This document shows positions 1 through 12,490 of a stretch of 64,000 nt of DNA, one piece after another. The position numbers and the translations under genes are program-made. The DNA is from Vicugna vicugna (taxonomy: Eukaryota). The DNA lies in NCBI GenBank assembly GCA_013265495.1, contig MU058791.1:124001-188000 (forward strand). The letters are read 5' to 3'. The notes under the pieces were generated by a model. The model ran no database searches. It was not told the DNA's origin and worked only from the letters and a program-made list of their open reading frames with translations. The number at the start of each line of letters is the position of its first letter. Position 1 is the first letter of the stretch.

Positions 1-483
1 CTTTTGGAATGATGTTCTTCTGTCCGGGCTGGGCTGCTGATAAGGCGGTGGGGAATGGGGCCCCTGGCTGTCTGTTTGGGGTGAGCTCTGTTGATAGGTC
101 GTCCTCTCCACCCTCACCCAGAGCTGGAACTAAAGTGCTCATTTTCCACATGTCCAGGGTGTCATTCTTCTAAGTCAGTGGGTCTGGCAGGCTCCCAGCA
201 ATTACTTTATGCTTTTGGACAATCCACTCAGACTGGCCTAGTTTCCAGTGGCTTCCTACACATCACTCTCCAGAGGCAGTCATGCTGTTTCCAGTGCTGG
301 CTCCCGGATGGGAGGTCCACTTACAGACTGGATCTTTGGGTTATCAACTATTTTAACTGTTACTTGTCACTTGGGTGAATACATTGTCTATGTTCTTTTG
401 ACATGTTAGCAGCAGGGAGATGGAACAGCAATTTCCTCTTTTCTGTTTCTTTTCTGTTAAGTGCCTGCTTATAAGGAATTCTT

Positions 484-642
484 TTTTTCTTTTAAATTGG
501 AGTATAGTCGGTGCACGATGATGTTAATTCCTGGTGCACAGCAGAGTGATTCAGTTTTATATATATATATATATATTCCTTTTCATATTCTTTTTTATTA
601 CAGGCTATTACAAGATATTGAATATAGGTCCCTGTGCTATAG
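484..642 (-). mobile_element. 5'-truncated L1 3' tail (cetartiodactyl-type)
   Basis: T-run, then ttggagtatagt...ctggtgcacagc...(TA)n...acaagatattgaatata..cctgtgctat, the same motif set as the other L1 tails. Degenerate TSD aag(g/a)aattcttt. Confidence 0.85.
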
Positions 643-742
643 AAGAAATTCTTTATTGTTCATGATCATAATCGCTCTTACTTCTTAAGTCTGTGTCCTG
701 GGAACTGGGCCCAGATTTTTGAATATGTTCTCCCCAATTTCA

Positions 743-856
743 CCAATTTTACAGATGAGGAAACTGAGGCTCAGAGGAGTTAAGCCGTAGGCAGAGCTGA
801 GGTTGAAACCTGGTTCTGTCTAGTACCAAAGCCTGCTTCCCAAACCACTAGGCTTT
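743..856 (-). mobile_element. MIR SINE fragment
   Basis: Core ttttacagatgaggaaactgaggctcagag. Confidence 0.8.
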
Positions 857-1996
857 CCTGCTTGTGGCTACCTTGTGGTCCTTTCCAGGGGATAAAGGTG
901 GGGGCCTATCAGGCTAATCCGAACAACAGGAAACTTTAAAAAAAATTCTTGTTTCCTTCTGGAATCCATTATTCATGGCATTTGCTTGTCTTCTTTAGGC
1001 TAATATTGAAATTAATTTGCATTTTGCGAGTGTACAGTAGACCAGGGTTTGGAGGGATAGATTGCAGCCTGGGAAGTCTGGGGAATCAAGGGTTAAAGAA
1101 AACCAGATTGAGCTTAAAAATTAGCCTCCTGGTACCAACAAACAGTGGCTGCAGAAGTAGGTAACCAAGGGTGTGCTGGCTACGTGCCCGAGTTTTCTGG
1201 TACATTATCAAATGATGAATTTCAAACTGTAGTGCAGTTTCATTAAGTTCAGACACTGCTAATTTGGAATTCACGGCAACTGGGCAGCAGCTGAGTTGAA
1301 GCTTTCCTGTGTTTCTGGAGCCAAACAATTTCTTTAAAGATCACGCACATGAATAAGACAAACAATGACCTGGGCTGTTCAAGGTAACTTGGTTTGGTGA
1401 ATTTTCAGCGTCTTAGATGCATTTCTTTCTAGCTGACAATAAATTAAGTACATGTCTTATTCCTAGTTTATTAAAGTGGCCCCAGAGAGACCTCTGTTAA
1501 GGAATATTATTCTGTCAGGCAGTCTTCTGTTAGCTGAAGTTGTCATTCTTTTCTAGAAAGTTCTGGGATTAAGAAGGTCTTAGGTTGTGAATAGCCTTCC
1601 TTCGGATTTAATGAGGTTTGACTTGTCTCTAAAAATTTCCATTTCTGAACCCACAATTCTTGAGTTGCAGTCAATGTCTGGTGTGTGGTGCCGTCACGTA
1701 CCTTGTTGTGAAGAAATCGCTGTGCATGAAGGAAAACCAATTAATTACAGTGGAAAGGGGTCGGCCTCCCCACTCAGGACTCTTTTTTTTTCTCATGGCC
1801 ATTTCTGGAAAAGACAAGCTGTCCTAGATTCATATAATTTTAGGGCTGGAAGGGAGCTTAAATATGACCAATTCCCTTATTTTCAGACATTTCTCAGGAA
1901 TAACCATTTCCTTGAAAAGAGCCCTAGAAAATGCAAAGAAAATCAGATGCTGCGCTGAGTCTGTCTTCCCAGACCCATGAGGTGTCTGTTGGCTTC

Positions 1997-2125
1997 TTTG
2001 TGTTTTATTGAAGTATAGTTGGTTTACAGTGTTGTGTTAGTCTCTGGTATACAGCATGGTGATTCAGTTATACACACACACATATATTCTTTTTCACATT
2101 CAGTATCTTGTAGTAACCTATGATG
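1997..2125 (-). mobile_element. Short L1 3' tail with inverted 5' segment
   Basis: Minus-strand L1 tail ~2003-2100, followed by plus-strand L1 piece attcagtatcttgtagtaacctatgatg (2098-2125). Confidence 0.75.
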
Positions 2126-2454
2126 AGGCGTTTGTTTTAATGGTGCATCTGCGTACCTGCTCCCACACTCAGCCCTCTCTCTCCCCATAATCTCACTCTT
2201 ATTTATTCATCTACAGAGGAAAAAAATGCAAGGCTGCCTCTCTAGCTCCAAGAAGAGGAGGATATAATGCTGCTAATCACACATACCTTTTTTTGACATT
2301 CTTTTTAGGTCGTTCGAGATGATAGATTAACAGGGGAATCACATACATATTCAGGGCACCTATAAATTTCCAAATTGCTAAGGTCATGAGTTTAACTGAT
2401 ACTGACTACTATTTAGCCCAGTTCACTGGTAAAAAGATGGCATTTTGAATGTCA

Positions 2455-2580
2455 AAATGTATTCATTTATCCATCCATTTGAGAAGGATGTACTGATCAA
2501 CTGTCAGGCACCATCCACTGAAAGCAGAGCAATAAATAAATCACAGACCTTGCCCTGCAGGAGCTCACAGTGCAGAAGGT
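2455..2580 (-). mobile_element. L2 3'-end fragment
   Basis: attcatttatccatccattt...ccttgccctgcaggagctcacagt, typical antisense L2 tail. Confidence 0.6.
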
Positions 2581-3834
2581 GGGGGTGAGGACTTGCCTCT
2601 ATCTGAGAGCCTGAGCACCTTGACTGTTTTCTAGGGACTGTGATGGGTTGTACTGACTCACAGTTTACCCAGAGTTTGCTTGTGAACGGGGGCACTCGTT
2701 TCCCAGGCTGCTTGAGTTGGGGGTGCAAGGAAGACTCGGAGTGTGGGGAGAATCAGAGACTGGGGCCTCACTGGCACCATGTTCTGGTCAGGTAGGCTGG
2801 CCGGACTCAGCTGTGATTCATGATGATGGCAGAGGCCACAAGGCGAGCTGATTTGCAATGTTTACACCTGGATGAAGCATGTGTCCCTGAATCCTTGCCA
2901 GTTGACCCCACACTGAGGGTGTTGTGTAAGTCAGTGGTAGGTGCCTATTATCACAGACCCTCTTTAGAGAAGAATTTGAGCCCCAGTAGACAAAGTTCAG
3001 TGTAAAGCCAACGAGTCATGTGCCACTCTTAAAGAGTAGAATAAATGAATTCAGTTCCATCTCTGTTCATCCCAAAAGATTTCTGTTTAGGAAAGTAAAG
3101 CTCAGAGGATCAGAAATTTGTACCTCCAAGGCTTGGCTTCCTTTACAGTTTTAAGGTTTCCTTGAGGTGAACACACACAATCTCAATTTAGAAAAAATAA
3201 ATCAAAGCAATCAAGTTCAGATTTCACTGCTGTTTTGTTTTGATTTTTCCAATTCAGTGTGTTCCATTTTAATAACCAGACTGTGCTTTTACTTTATTTT
3301 ACTTTCATTTTTTTTTAAACCAGAGAACAGGCACAGAATTGCAAGATCCTTTTTTAGGTTTAGTCCAGATATCTGTTTCTCAGAACATTTGTCTTTTATA
3401 TAACTTTGTCTTCTATATGAGTAGTAACTAGGAGACAAGAAATGAGAGAAATGGATTTTCTTTATTTTCATGTAGAGTTATTTATAAAAGTACACACATA
3501 GGTGATCTCAGAAACAGTAAAAAGTTCTACATGTCTTTCATAAGATTACGGTAATTAAAGCAGTGTGTTATTGGCATAGATAGTAAAACACAGGTGAACA
3601 GAACAGAGAAGATAGACATGAAGCTGGTCACAGCACATCATAAGAGTATATGACAAAGGAGCTTTGCAAGTCATCACTAAAGGAATGAATTTATTTAATG
3701 AATGATAGTAGAAAAACAGACAATCCGGGTGAAGTCTCAACTTATCTGCTTTCACCATTGGAGGTCAAGGCATGTCTAAATGAATTCCAGATGGATTAAG
3801 AGTGAAATGTAAACATAAAACCATCAAAAATCCA

Positions 3835-4136
3835 AGAGACAAATGGATTTATTTACAAAACAGAAACAGACTCATAGACATAGAAAACAAACTTATGGTT
3901 ACAAAAGGGGAGTTGGGGAGGGATAAATTAGGAGTATGGGATTAACAGATACACACCAAAATATATAAAATAGTTAAACAACAAGGACCTACTGTATAGC
4001 ACAGGGAACTATATTTAGTATCTTGTAATAACCTATGATGGAAAGGAATCTGAAAAAAAAATTTCTTTGCATCACTTTGCTGTACACCTGAAACTAACAC
4101 AGTATTGTAAATCAACTATATTTCAATTAAAAAAAG
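3835..4136 (+). mobile_element. Young L1 3' end
   Basis: atttacaaaacagaaacagactcatagacatagaaaacaaacttatggttac...gctgtacacctgaaactaacac...caattaaaaaaa. Confidence 0.9.
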
Positions 4137-4184
4137 AGAGAAATAATGCCTTATATTAAATGTTAAAATAACAGTAGGATTCTC

Positions 4185-4285
4185 CGAATATATGAATATA
4201 TATGTATGACTGGGACATTGTGCTGTACACCAGAAACTGACACATCATAATTGTCTGTACTTCAATAAAAAAAACCCAAAAAACT
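4185..4285 (+). mobile_element. Very short young L1 tail with TSD
   Basis: tgtgctgtacaccagaaactgacac...caataaaaaaaa; TSD agtagg(a/t)ttctc at 4173-4184 and 4286-4297. Confidence 0.8.
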
Positions 4286-5599
4286 AGTAGGTTTCTCAAC
4301 TGATATTGGGAAAAAGTCAAGGGAATCAGAGAGGCAATGAAGTCATTTCAATTAAAAAAAATTCAGAAGAAATGTAAGCGATCTCAGTGGAGAATAGGAC
4401 CTTGTAATTAAAAAAAAAATAGGAAAGATCGATAGATTAAATTCTATAAAATGTAAAATAGTTTGGTCAAAATACCATAAGTAAAATTAAAACACATGTA
4501 ACAAATGGCAATCAGGTATACTAAGAGCTTGTTAAAATCCAAATTGATAAATGCTTTGCACCAATAGAATAATGAGCAAAAACCCAGATAATTCATAGAA
4601 GTACACATTAATGAAAAATACGTTAAAAAATTCAGACTCACGGGTAACAAAATGGTTATTTGGATGCACTTCTGTGATTCCATTTTTCATTTATGAAATT
4701 AAAAAATAATGCTTAACTCTAGGGAACACCTGCGGGAAACAAGCCCTTTCATGTACTCCTGATGAATGTGCAAATTGGTGAAATCTTTTTTTAAAACCAT
4801 TTGTCAATATAGATTCAGACTTCTAAAAATATTTATACCCTTTGCTCTAGTCATTTCATATCATGAAGTCGTCAGAGAGGGGCTGACTGACATTTATACA
4901 CTGCAGTGTTCACTGAGGCATTATTTGTACTAATGAAAAACAGGAGACAACTTACACGTTTAAGAGAGAACGATCATTAGTAACATTTGGTACACCAAGA
5001 AACAGGAGTAGTACGCAGCTGGTGAACATGTTGTCTTCAAAGGCTATTTCGTGACATGGAGAAAGCCTCATAAAATGATGTTTAGTGCCAAACAGACACG
5101 TTCATCCCACTTCTGGAAAAGAAAAACTTACGTTTAGAAGTAAAACAGGAAGAAAACCTGCCAAAATGTTAACGGTGGTTATCTCTGGCTGATAGAATTA
5201 CAGTGTGTTGGTTTTACTCACCCCCAGATTTTCAAAAAAACTTGTGTTGTACAGTGCAGAGCAGAACTAAGAATCTTGTGAAAATAAGTTGCAATGTTTA
5301 TTTTCAGTAACCCGAAAAGCACTGCCCACAAGCATTTTTATTGTGTTTATCATACTCTACCACAATCCTTTATCTAGAATTCAAGTTCCTTTCTGACAGT
5401 TTCCCTGCCTTTTTTCTGTTTTATTGCTCTTTGCTCTCAACCCACCCCCTTGCCCTCCAGGGCCCAGACCTCCTGGTCCCCTAAGCCCTTCTCTCCACCT
5501 GGAATTTCCTCAGGGCTGATCCCTGAACTTGCAGGGCCCCAGGGCTTCACCTCTACTCTGGGAACATCTTCCCAGGCCAGCCTCTGAGCTCCCACAGGC

Positions 5600-5760
5600 C
5601 TTTATCATGTTCCCCTGTGATCTGCCGTTCTCTGTGGGCGTCTGTTTCTACAGCAGATTCCGCATACCCTCGGGGCAGCCCCGTGTGCATCTGGTACGAT
5701 CATGGTTCACAGAGGTCGTGTTAGTACACAGCAGGTGCTCAACCAGTATCTCAGATTGTC
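5600..5760 (+). mobile_element. L2 3'-end fragment
   Basis: tagtacacagcaggtgctcaac terminal motif with upstream ggggcag. Confidence 0.5.
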
Positions 5761-6621
5761 TCCTTCTTAATCTAATTGTGGTCATGCAGTCCGCCAGCCA
5801 TTTGGAAAACATTTACGGGGGCACGTCTCCCCTCCACCTGACCCTGCTCCAAACAAGATCATTTAGTGACCACGGGACCATCTGTGAACCAAAGGAGCAG
5901 CCCCAATGGAGGGGAAATGAGGCTGCGGACCGAGCAGACCTTTAGTATCCCACCCCCGACCCCCACTTCGGGGCTCGCCCTCCACCTCCATACTGGTGAG
6001 GAATTGCCTTCTGTATGAACTTCAGGCAGAGGCCTGGGTAACCTCACAGAGGAGAGGGCATTGCAGAGCGTGAGGACTTCTGTTCACTCCCTTTGCAAAG
6101 AAATGAAGTCATCCTTCGTTTTAGTGACGGGAGTTTTAGGGAGAGTGGGGCCTGTGTTACAGGCCCAGCTGGGTTTATACTGGAAATTAGGGCTGGAAAG
6201 GAAAATGGAGGCAGGAGCTGATGGCACAGCCTCCCAGGCCCACGGAGGGGACGGGTACTGGGCTGGGGATGAGACAAGAGGCCGTGGGTAGAGAGCCAAG
6301 CTGCAGTTCCCAGGCTCGAGGCTCGAGGCGTGTAAGCTTCCTGACCCATCACTTGCTCAGGCCCTTGGAGGGGCCCTAGCAACGTTACAGTTAAAACTCT
6401 GACTGACTTTTCTTAGGGAGGTTGCCCCAAATCACAGAAGCTTCCGGCCCCACCATCCGTGGCTCCGAGTCTGGTAGGACTTGTCTAAATAATTCGGAGC
6501 CTTCAGCTCCAAGGGATGACAGTTCATCAGAAGTGCTGCTAAGGCTTCTGAGTTTTCAAGAGCAGCAAGGAATCCAGGTTTTTTCTTTTTTTTTTTTAAA
6601 TCTGAAACCTCTTATATTTTA

Positions 6622-6793
6622 TTTATTTATTTATTTATTTATTTTCAAGTTTTTAAAATTTTTTATTGGGGCATACTTGATTTATAATATTGTATGAGTT
6701 TCAGGTGTACAACATAGTGATTCGCAGTTTTTAAAGACTATATTCCACTTATAGTTATTATTAAAATATTGGCAACATTCTCTGTGCTGTAAG
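6622..6793 (-). mobile_element. L1 3' tail with (TTTA)n tail
   Basis: ttgatttataatattgt...tttcaggtgtacaacatagtgattc...ctgtgctgta; degenerate TSD cctcttatatttta / gctattacatttta. Confidence 0.8.
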
Positions 6794-9259
6794 CTATTAC
6801 ATTTTAGATGTTGGCAACTTAAAATCCAAAACCCAAACCCTCTCTGGCCAAAACAAGTCCTACGTGTAGGCTTGCTGGAGCCCATGGGCGGCCAGACTGA
6901 CGTCTGGATATTGAGTCCGTAGAAATTCCAGAACTGCCGAATGCCCGGGACGGCTCTGCCACAGCTCCACCTTCCCTCCCCGGCCTTGGCCCACCGAGGA
7001 CAGGTCAGACCGGGTCTAAACCAGAGAGCTGTGCTCTTTTCCATGGCTACAGCCAACAGCCAGGCCATCCCTAAGTGTCTGCCACGGGTCACAGCGCAGG
7101 GAGCTGACCGAGGGTGTGGATGGACGCGTTGGTGTCAATTCCTCTTTACAACTGGCCAGGCCAACTGGAGCACGTGGCCCACAGACAGTGACAGGCAGCA
7201 AAGTCACCTTGTGAACATCTGAAGACAATGCGGACCGGCAGTCATTCTTCTCTGGGTACCAAGTGCTCTTGGAGGTGGGCGAGGAAGTGTTTTGTGCTCC
7301 TCTGTAGGGCGGCAGCCGATGATGTCAGGAAAGATGTACGTAACGGCTAAAACGGAAAGCATCGCTTCTCTGTAAGCCCCCAGTTGTCCTGAGAATAGGC
7401 CGCCCAGTATTCCAGCCTGCAGACTTTCCGCAACGCGGACAAGTGTTAGGAACTAGAGAGGGCCCTGCAGTGAAAGGAACGGCTTCTGGGTACCACTCCA
7501 CGGGCAGAACACGAGGCTCTTATCAAGCTCTGGTGTGACAGGGGACATCAGAAGGAGCTGCAGGCTGGAACTGGGAGCAGAACCTGGCAGTTAGGGCTTT
7601 AGGAGAGAGAGAGTCACGGCTGATGGGACCAAGGATGGCCAGTGGCTGCCCAGTGGGTGTCCCTCCACTGTCAGCACAGATGGGTTTATCAAGCTGCTTC
7701 AGTGGTTCCATCTTGATTGCTAATTAGCTTCTTGTGGGGTCTGCTTTGCCGCAGAGTGGCTTTGGGGGCAACAATTTGGCTTTTAATTAATCTGTTGTGG
7801 TGACTAGTCTTGTCAAGCAGGGGGCCAGAGCTGGAGGGGTCTGCTGTCAAACCCGCACTTCCTCTGCGTCTGCCGGAGGTCACAGCAGAAGTGGGGGAGC
7901 GGCAGAAGGTGGAGGGTGTGGGGCAAGTTGTAGAACGTTTACCTCTACTGGGGGACTTCAGGGAGCCGTCCTCTTGTGCACCTGCTTCTTCTGGGAAAGG
8001 GTCTATCGGAATTTCCCGCAGCAGGTTTGAGCACGTCTCACCACTACCTAGAGAGTTTGACAAATCCACACTCACGCCTGCGTTCCCCCAGGGTTTGCTG
8101 TATTCCAAGCTCTTTGTTTTGCAGCTGAGCCCCCCAACCCCCCCAGGGGGGAGGAATGAGTGACTTATGCGGATGGGGCACAGGTGAAAGGGGCGGGACT
8201 GAGCCTGGACCACTTCATCTAGAACCTCATATCCTGACTTCTGGCATCATGCCTTTTCAGCTATGACCTCCCTTACCCTGAGCAGGATGGTGGGATTTCT
8301 AGAGATCGTTAGGGACAAGATCTGGAGACCCCAGGAAGGCTGTTTTGGTGTGGCACGTGATCTGCCAAAGCACTGTGACTATTTCAGAGTCGTGGCTGGC
8401 TTTCCATGCCCTGAGTGCCAGCACCACGCTCAAGGCTTACTTCTTACGAGGATTCAATGCACTCCAATTGCTTATCAGTCCATTTCACCCTAAATTTACA
8501 AAATCTTTATTTTTCGGGAACTGCAGCAGATAATATGTGATAGGAGGAGATTAAAGAAATGAGATGAAGGGTTTTTCCTTTTTCCAGGGAGGTGGCAGCA
8601 GCCTGCCTGAAACCTTCTTGGTAAACAGTATTCCTGATATGCGCTTGGTAGACTTGCTGCACATCATGTACAAATTCACTCCCTCACAAATTAATGTATG
8701 ACTCTCTATTATAATCCAGGCCCTGTTCAGACGCTGGGAAAATAAGATGAATGAAATACATTCCCTGGAGTTTGGAGCGCTCATAAAGGATGGTGTGAAA
8801 ATGAGATCACCCCTCTCTGGCCATCACCCTACTCAGTCCTAAAGCCTGTTTCATCTTAGCTTCTATGAGATCACTGGGTCCCATAGGTAACTGGCCACTG
8901 AGGGAGGAGGGACATATTTTTATTGTTCTCATCTCATTCCTTCCTGGCCCTGGCTGATTCTTTTGCTTTTCTGTGAGTTAAAAATTCAGTCTTGAGGGCC
9001 TGCTGAATTATACAAGGGTGTTTCATTCTGATTACTGCTAACTGGTTGTAGCATTTTTAGAAATGTTCTAGAGTCCAGCAGTGTTTCTGCTTACACAGGA
9101 GGAGGGCCACTTAGCAGCTGATGATTCACGTAGGATGCCGTCCACCCAGGGACAGTGGCGGGGGCGGGGGCAGGTGAAAGGGCCCAACTCAGGCCTCGAT
9201 GGAAAAGGGCCTCCAGGCACTAGGGAGGCAAACTCACATCAGATGGTCTAGGGTCAAGA

Positions 9260-9492
9260 TTTCTCTGATTTTGGTTGCTTGCAGTTTCTCTATGTTGTAT
9301 CTAGGTGTGCATTTTTGCAAAATTCGTGTTACTTAGGATTTGTTGGGCTTTCAAAACTGTAAGGTGATGTTTGCCATCCATTCTGGAAAATTCTTGGCTG
9401 TCGTCTCTTCCAATATTGCCTTTGTTCCAGTATTTATTTCCTCTCTGGATGCCAATTAAATGTATGTTAGGCCTTTTAAATGTATTTTCATA

Positions 9493-9523
<31 letters not shown>

Positions 9524-10490
9524 TCCTCCAGTTCAAGCTGAATTCTTTTGTTTTTTTTTTTTTTCCCTTTTTTCCAAATCACTAAGTCTTCCAAATCACT
9601 AATTCTCACTTCAGCTGTGAGAACCTGTTCTTAGCCCAGCCACCGGGCATTCTTAACTCCAACAATCCTAGTCCTCCATTTGCGAATTTCTACTTGGATC
9701 CTTTAAAAAATCTTTTACATTATTTTCTCCTGTTTTTAGTTCCCTGTAACAATTTTCATGTGTGGCACTTGTGTTTCTGAATATAGTAAGTAGAGTTCTT
9801 TAATAGTCTGTATTGAAAAATTCCCATTTCTGAAATCTTTGTGGGCCTGTTCCCACTCTTGGCTGTTTCTGCTCTGCTTGCTCATAAGGACCTGATTTCT
9901 TGGGTGTTTCTATTCTCTTAGTGGGCATTAGACATTGATAAATATATATGTGTGTAAATAAATAAATTCAATAAATAAATGCAATAAAAATACTCCATGC
10001 CATACATGCATGGCATGGAATACATTCGGGCATTGAGGGCACTGCCAGTCTGAAGCCACCTTAATCCAAGTGCAAAGGCTGAGATTCTGTGGCCTCAGTG
10101 ATGATGTGAACCTGTTACAAGCCCAACAGCTTTAGCCCTCCTCTTCCCTCTCACCTGGGACCCAGCTGAAAATGGCGAGTGTTTGATCTGAATCCCAACT
10201 GTGGCAGGCCCTGGGCTTTGGCCTCGTGAGGCTATGCAAACAAAAGCTTATTTTCAAATTTGTTTTTTTCTTTTATTTTTTTCCAAATTGACAAATACTT
10301 TAGGATAAAAGCTTTGTGGGCTGGGCCAACCTCTCGGGAGTTTGTCCTTTCCTAGATTTTGGCAGGTGTTTTCTTCACTCCCTTATTACTGCTTTGATGC
10401 TTTTAAGAAAATTAAAGAAATATTTCATCCAGCTTTTTAAGTCATCTTTGATGGGAGGGTTGGTCTGAATTGCTTTGTCTGCCTTTTCCA
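9260..10490 (-). mobile_element. Ancient L1M 5' region / ORF1 remnant
   Basis: ORF 9301-9609 contains RPNIHLIGIQ..EFSRM..KAQQILS, a decayed version of the ORF1p NIRIIGIPE..ENFP..EAQRIP motifs. T-rich plus strand. Confidence 0.65.
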
Positions 10491-10499
10491 AAACCGGAC

Positions 10500-10645
10500 G
10501 TACCAGATGCCCTGGCTTTAAATCCCAGGTCTGTCACTGATGAGCTAATTGACGTTGGCCAAGTATGTTCCCTCATCTCTGAGATGTATTCATGATACCC
10601 TAGCTACTTGACAGTGTGTCTGGGATATTTAAATATGAAAAATTT
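10500..10645 (+). mobile_element. MIR fragment
   Basis: ctggctttaaatcccaggtctgtcact...gacgttggccaagt...ttccctcatct. Confidence 0.55.
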
Positions 10646-10687
10646 TGAAGTGGTCCAGTCTCATTTTTGTTGATTATTTTGTTGATT

Positions 10688-10782
10688 ACTAGAATGTAAG
10701 CTCCGTGAGGATGGCAGAGTGACTTTTCTCACTGCTGTTTTCCCAGTGGTGCCAAGTGCACAGCAGATGCTCAGTAAACATC
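10688..10782 (+). mobile_element. L2 3' end
   Basis: actagaatgtaagctccgtgagg...cactgctgttttcccagt...cacagcagatgctcagtaaa. Confidence 0.7.
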
Positions 10783-11632
10783 AAAAAGGAGAAAGGGCTA
10801 CTGCATATGTTTTAAAATAAAAACATATTGGGAAAGTGCATTCATGATGGGGGGGGGAGTCAAGCTCGAATCTTCGTAACAGCTCCTACAACCTAGAAGA
10901 TCCTATTCCTCTGTATTATTTTATAAACCTGGCAGTGAGATGGATACAATTGTTATTTTGTTTTTGTTTTCCCCTTGGTTTTATTTTGACTAGCATCTTC
11001 ACCTTAAGTGGAAGTATTATGTCCCATTGCTTTGTGGAAACATGGTCCCATCCTGCTGCACCCTTGGACTCTTTCTAGTTTGGGGCTATTAGAGATCATG
11101 CTGGCTTCTTTATTTGCAGCTGACAGTGGAAAGAATGAAATGTGTCTATTATCAAGTCTTGGTCAGGCTCCTTTCAGAAGAAGCATGTCTTTCCGTGCTT
11201 GAAGTCTGGCATCATCTTCTTGAGCATAAACAGAATCAACAAAAATTGATCCTTGAGTCTCCCAGAGAACAGCTCAGGCTGCTTTCAAAGCCGATTAAAG
11301 AAGGAAGTCATACGATGTGGAATCCAGGGTCACTGTTGAATCCCAACAATTAACTTTTGTATTTCCTTGGACAGAAATGACTTTAATAAATGCCCTATCA
11401 ATCATTGTTGCTGTGGACATTCTTTTTTTTTTCTTTTGCAAACCAAGGAGTGATTTAAAAATGGTTATGTGGTTTCTTTTAAGGCATTGAAGCCAGGGTG
11501 CGTGACTACCTCAGTCCACACTCTTCTGCAGCTTTTGAGATAAACAACTAAATTAATTTTGTCATCAGAACAGCTGAGTAACCCAAGGATACTTTTATTT
11601 AATGATCACATGATTGGGTGAAAAAGTTGTGA

Positions 11633-11850
11633 CAATAAGAACTACCACTTACTGATTGCCTCTGTGTTCAGTGTTTTACAGTTATTCATTCTTTAATGTT
11701 CTTAAAACCATACAGCAGGGCAGGCACTGTGGTTGGTTCCATTTTCTGAGAGAGGTTTTGCAACATGCCCAGGGCCCCACAGCTAGGGAGCAGCTGAGGC
11801 CAACCAGTGGTGCCGAATTCAGGGCCCACGCTCTTGTCCCCACCCTCACC
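11633..11850 (-). mobile_element. MIR
   Basis: caataagaactaccacttactga...ccattttctg...gcccagggccccacagctag. Confidence 0.55.
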
Positions 11851-12322
11851 GCCCACTGACTTCTCATCTCCAGTGAGGAGGAGATGACATTTCCTATTTC
11901 CAAGCTGTCCCCTGTTGGAGCATCCTCATGCCCAGGGTTTGGGGGTTCATTACGTTCAACAGGTGTTTCTTTAGGACCTAGCAGTGTTTGCCCCTGGGGC
12001 TCTGGGTAAGGTGACTTAAAAGGTGACAAGGGACTTTAGACACAGCTTCTGCCTTTTGGGGCTCCATGACGAAGTCAGACATCTGTCCACATGGAAATGA
12101 GCAACTCGAGTGGCCCATGGGGTGGCATGATCAATAAATGTGATGGGGGCCCAGAGTTAGGAGGGGTGGGCGGGCTGATTGAGGAGAGGGAGCCCTGACC
12201 AGCCCATCTCTCAAAGGATCAGGAGAATAGGATTTAAAAATTCCATTTTAAAGATAGAAAAGCTGAGATGCAGCTTCCCCTGTACATGAAGATAATCATT
12301 TTGAATTAGCATCCAAAGCCAA

Positions 12323-12490
12323 TTTTTTTAGATTTATTTACTTTATTTTAATTTAATTTATTTTTTGAAGGGGGGAGGTAATTAGGCTTATTTGTTCATT
12401 TACTTACTTTTTTAATGGAGGTCCAGGGGATTGAACCCAGGACCTCATGCATGCTAAGCATGCGCTCTACCACTGAGCTATTCCCTCCCT
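12323..12490 (-). mobile_element. tRNA-Ala-derived camelid SINE (Vic-1-like), long form
   Basis: Reverse complement GGGAGGGAATAGCTCAGTGGTAGAGCGCATGCTTAGCATGCATGAGGTCCTGGGTTCAATCCCC with A/B boxes, a cctaattacctcccc segment and A-rich tail. TSD tccaaagccaa at 12312-12322 and 12491-12501. Confidence 0.88.

Larger units (their letters stand above)
3450..5260 (+). mobile_element. Ancient L1 (L1M-type) ORF2 3' region and 3'UTR, interrupted by younger L1s
   Basis: A-rich degraded ORF2 motifs (gtaattaaagcagtgtgttattggc; aattccagatggattaa; aaatgtaaacataaaacc; gtgcaaattggtg; ccaaaatgttaacggtggttatctctgg). Confidence 0.7.

Noticed and set aside
8176..9199. Two similar CAGGTGAAAGGG-containing stretches ~1 kb apart
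   Set aside because: Match too short and flanks unrelated; cannot support a duplication or element.
12413..12490. tRNA-Ala(AGC)-like sequence (also at 22.7, 49.4 and 52.8 kb)
   Set aside because: SINE heads with A-rich tails and TSDs; acceptor stems are not those of a real tRNA gene.
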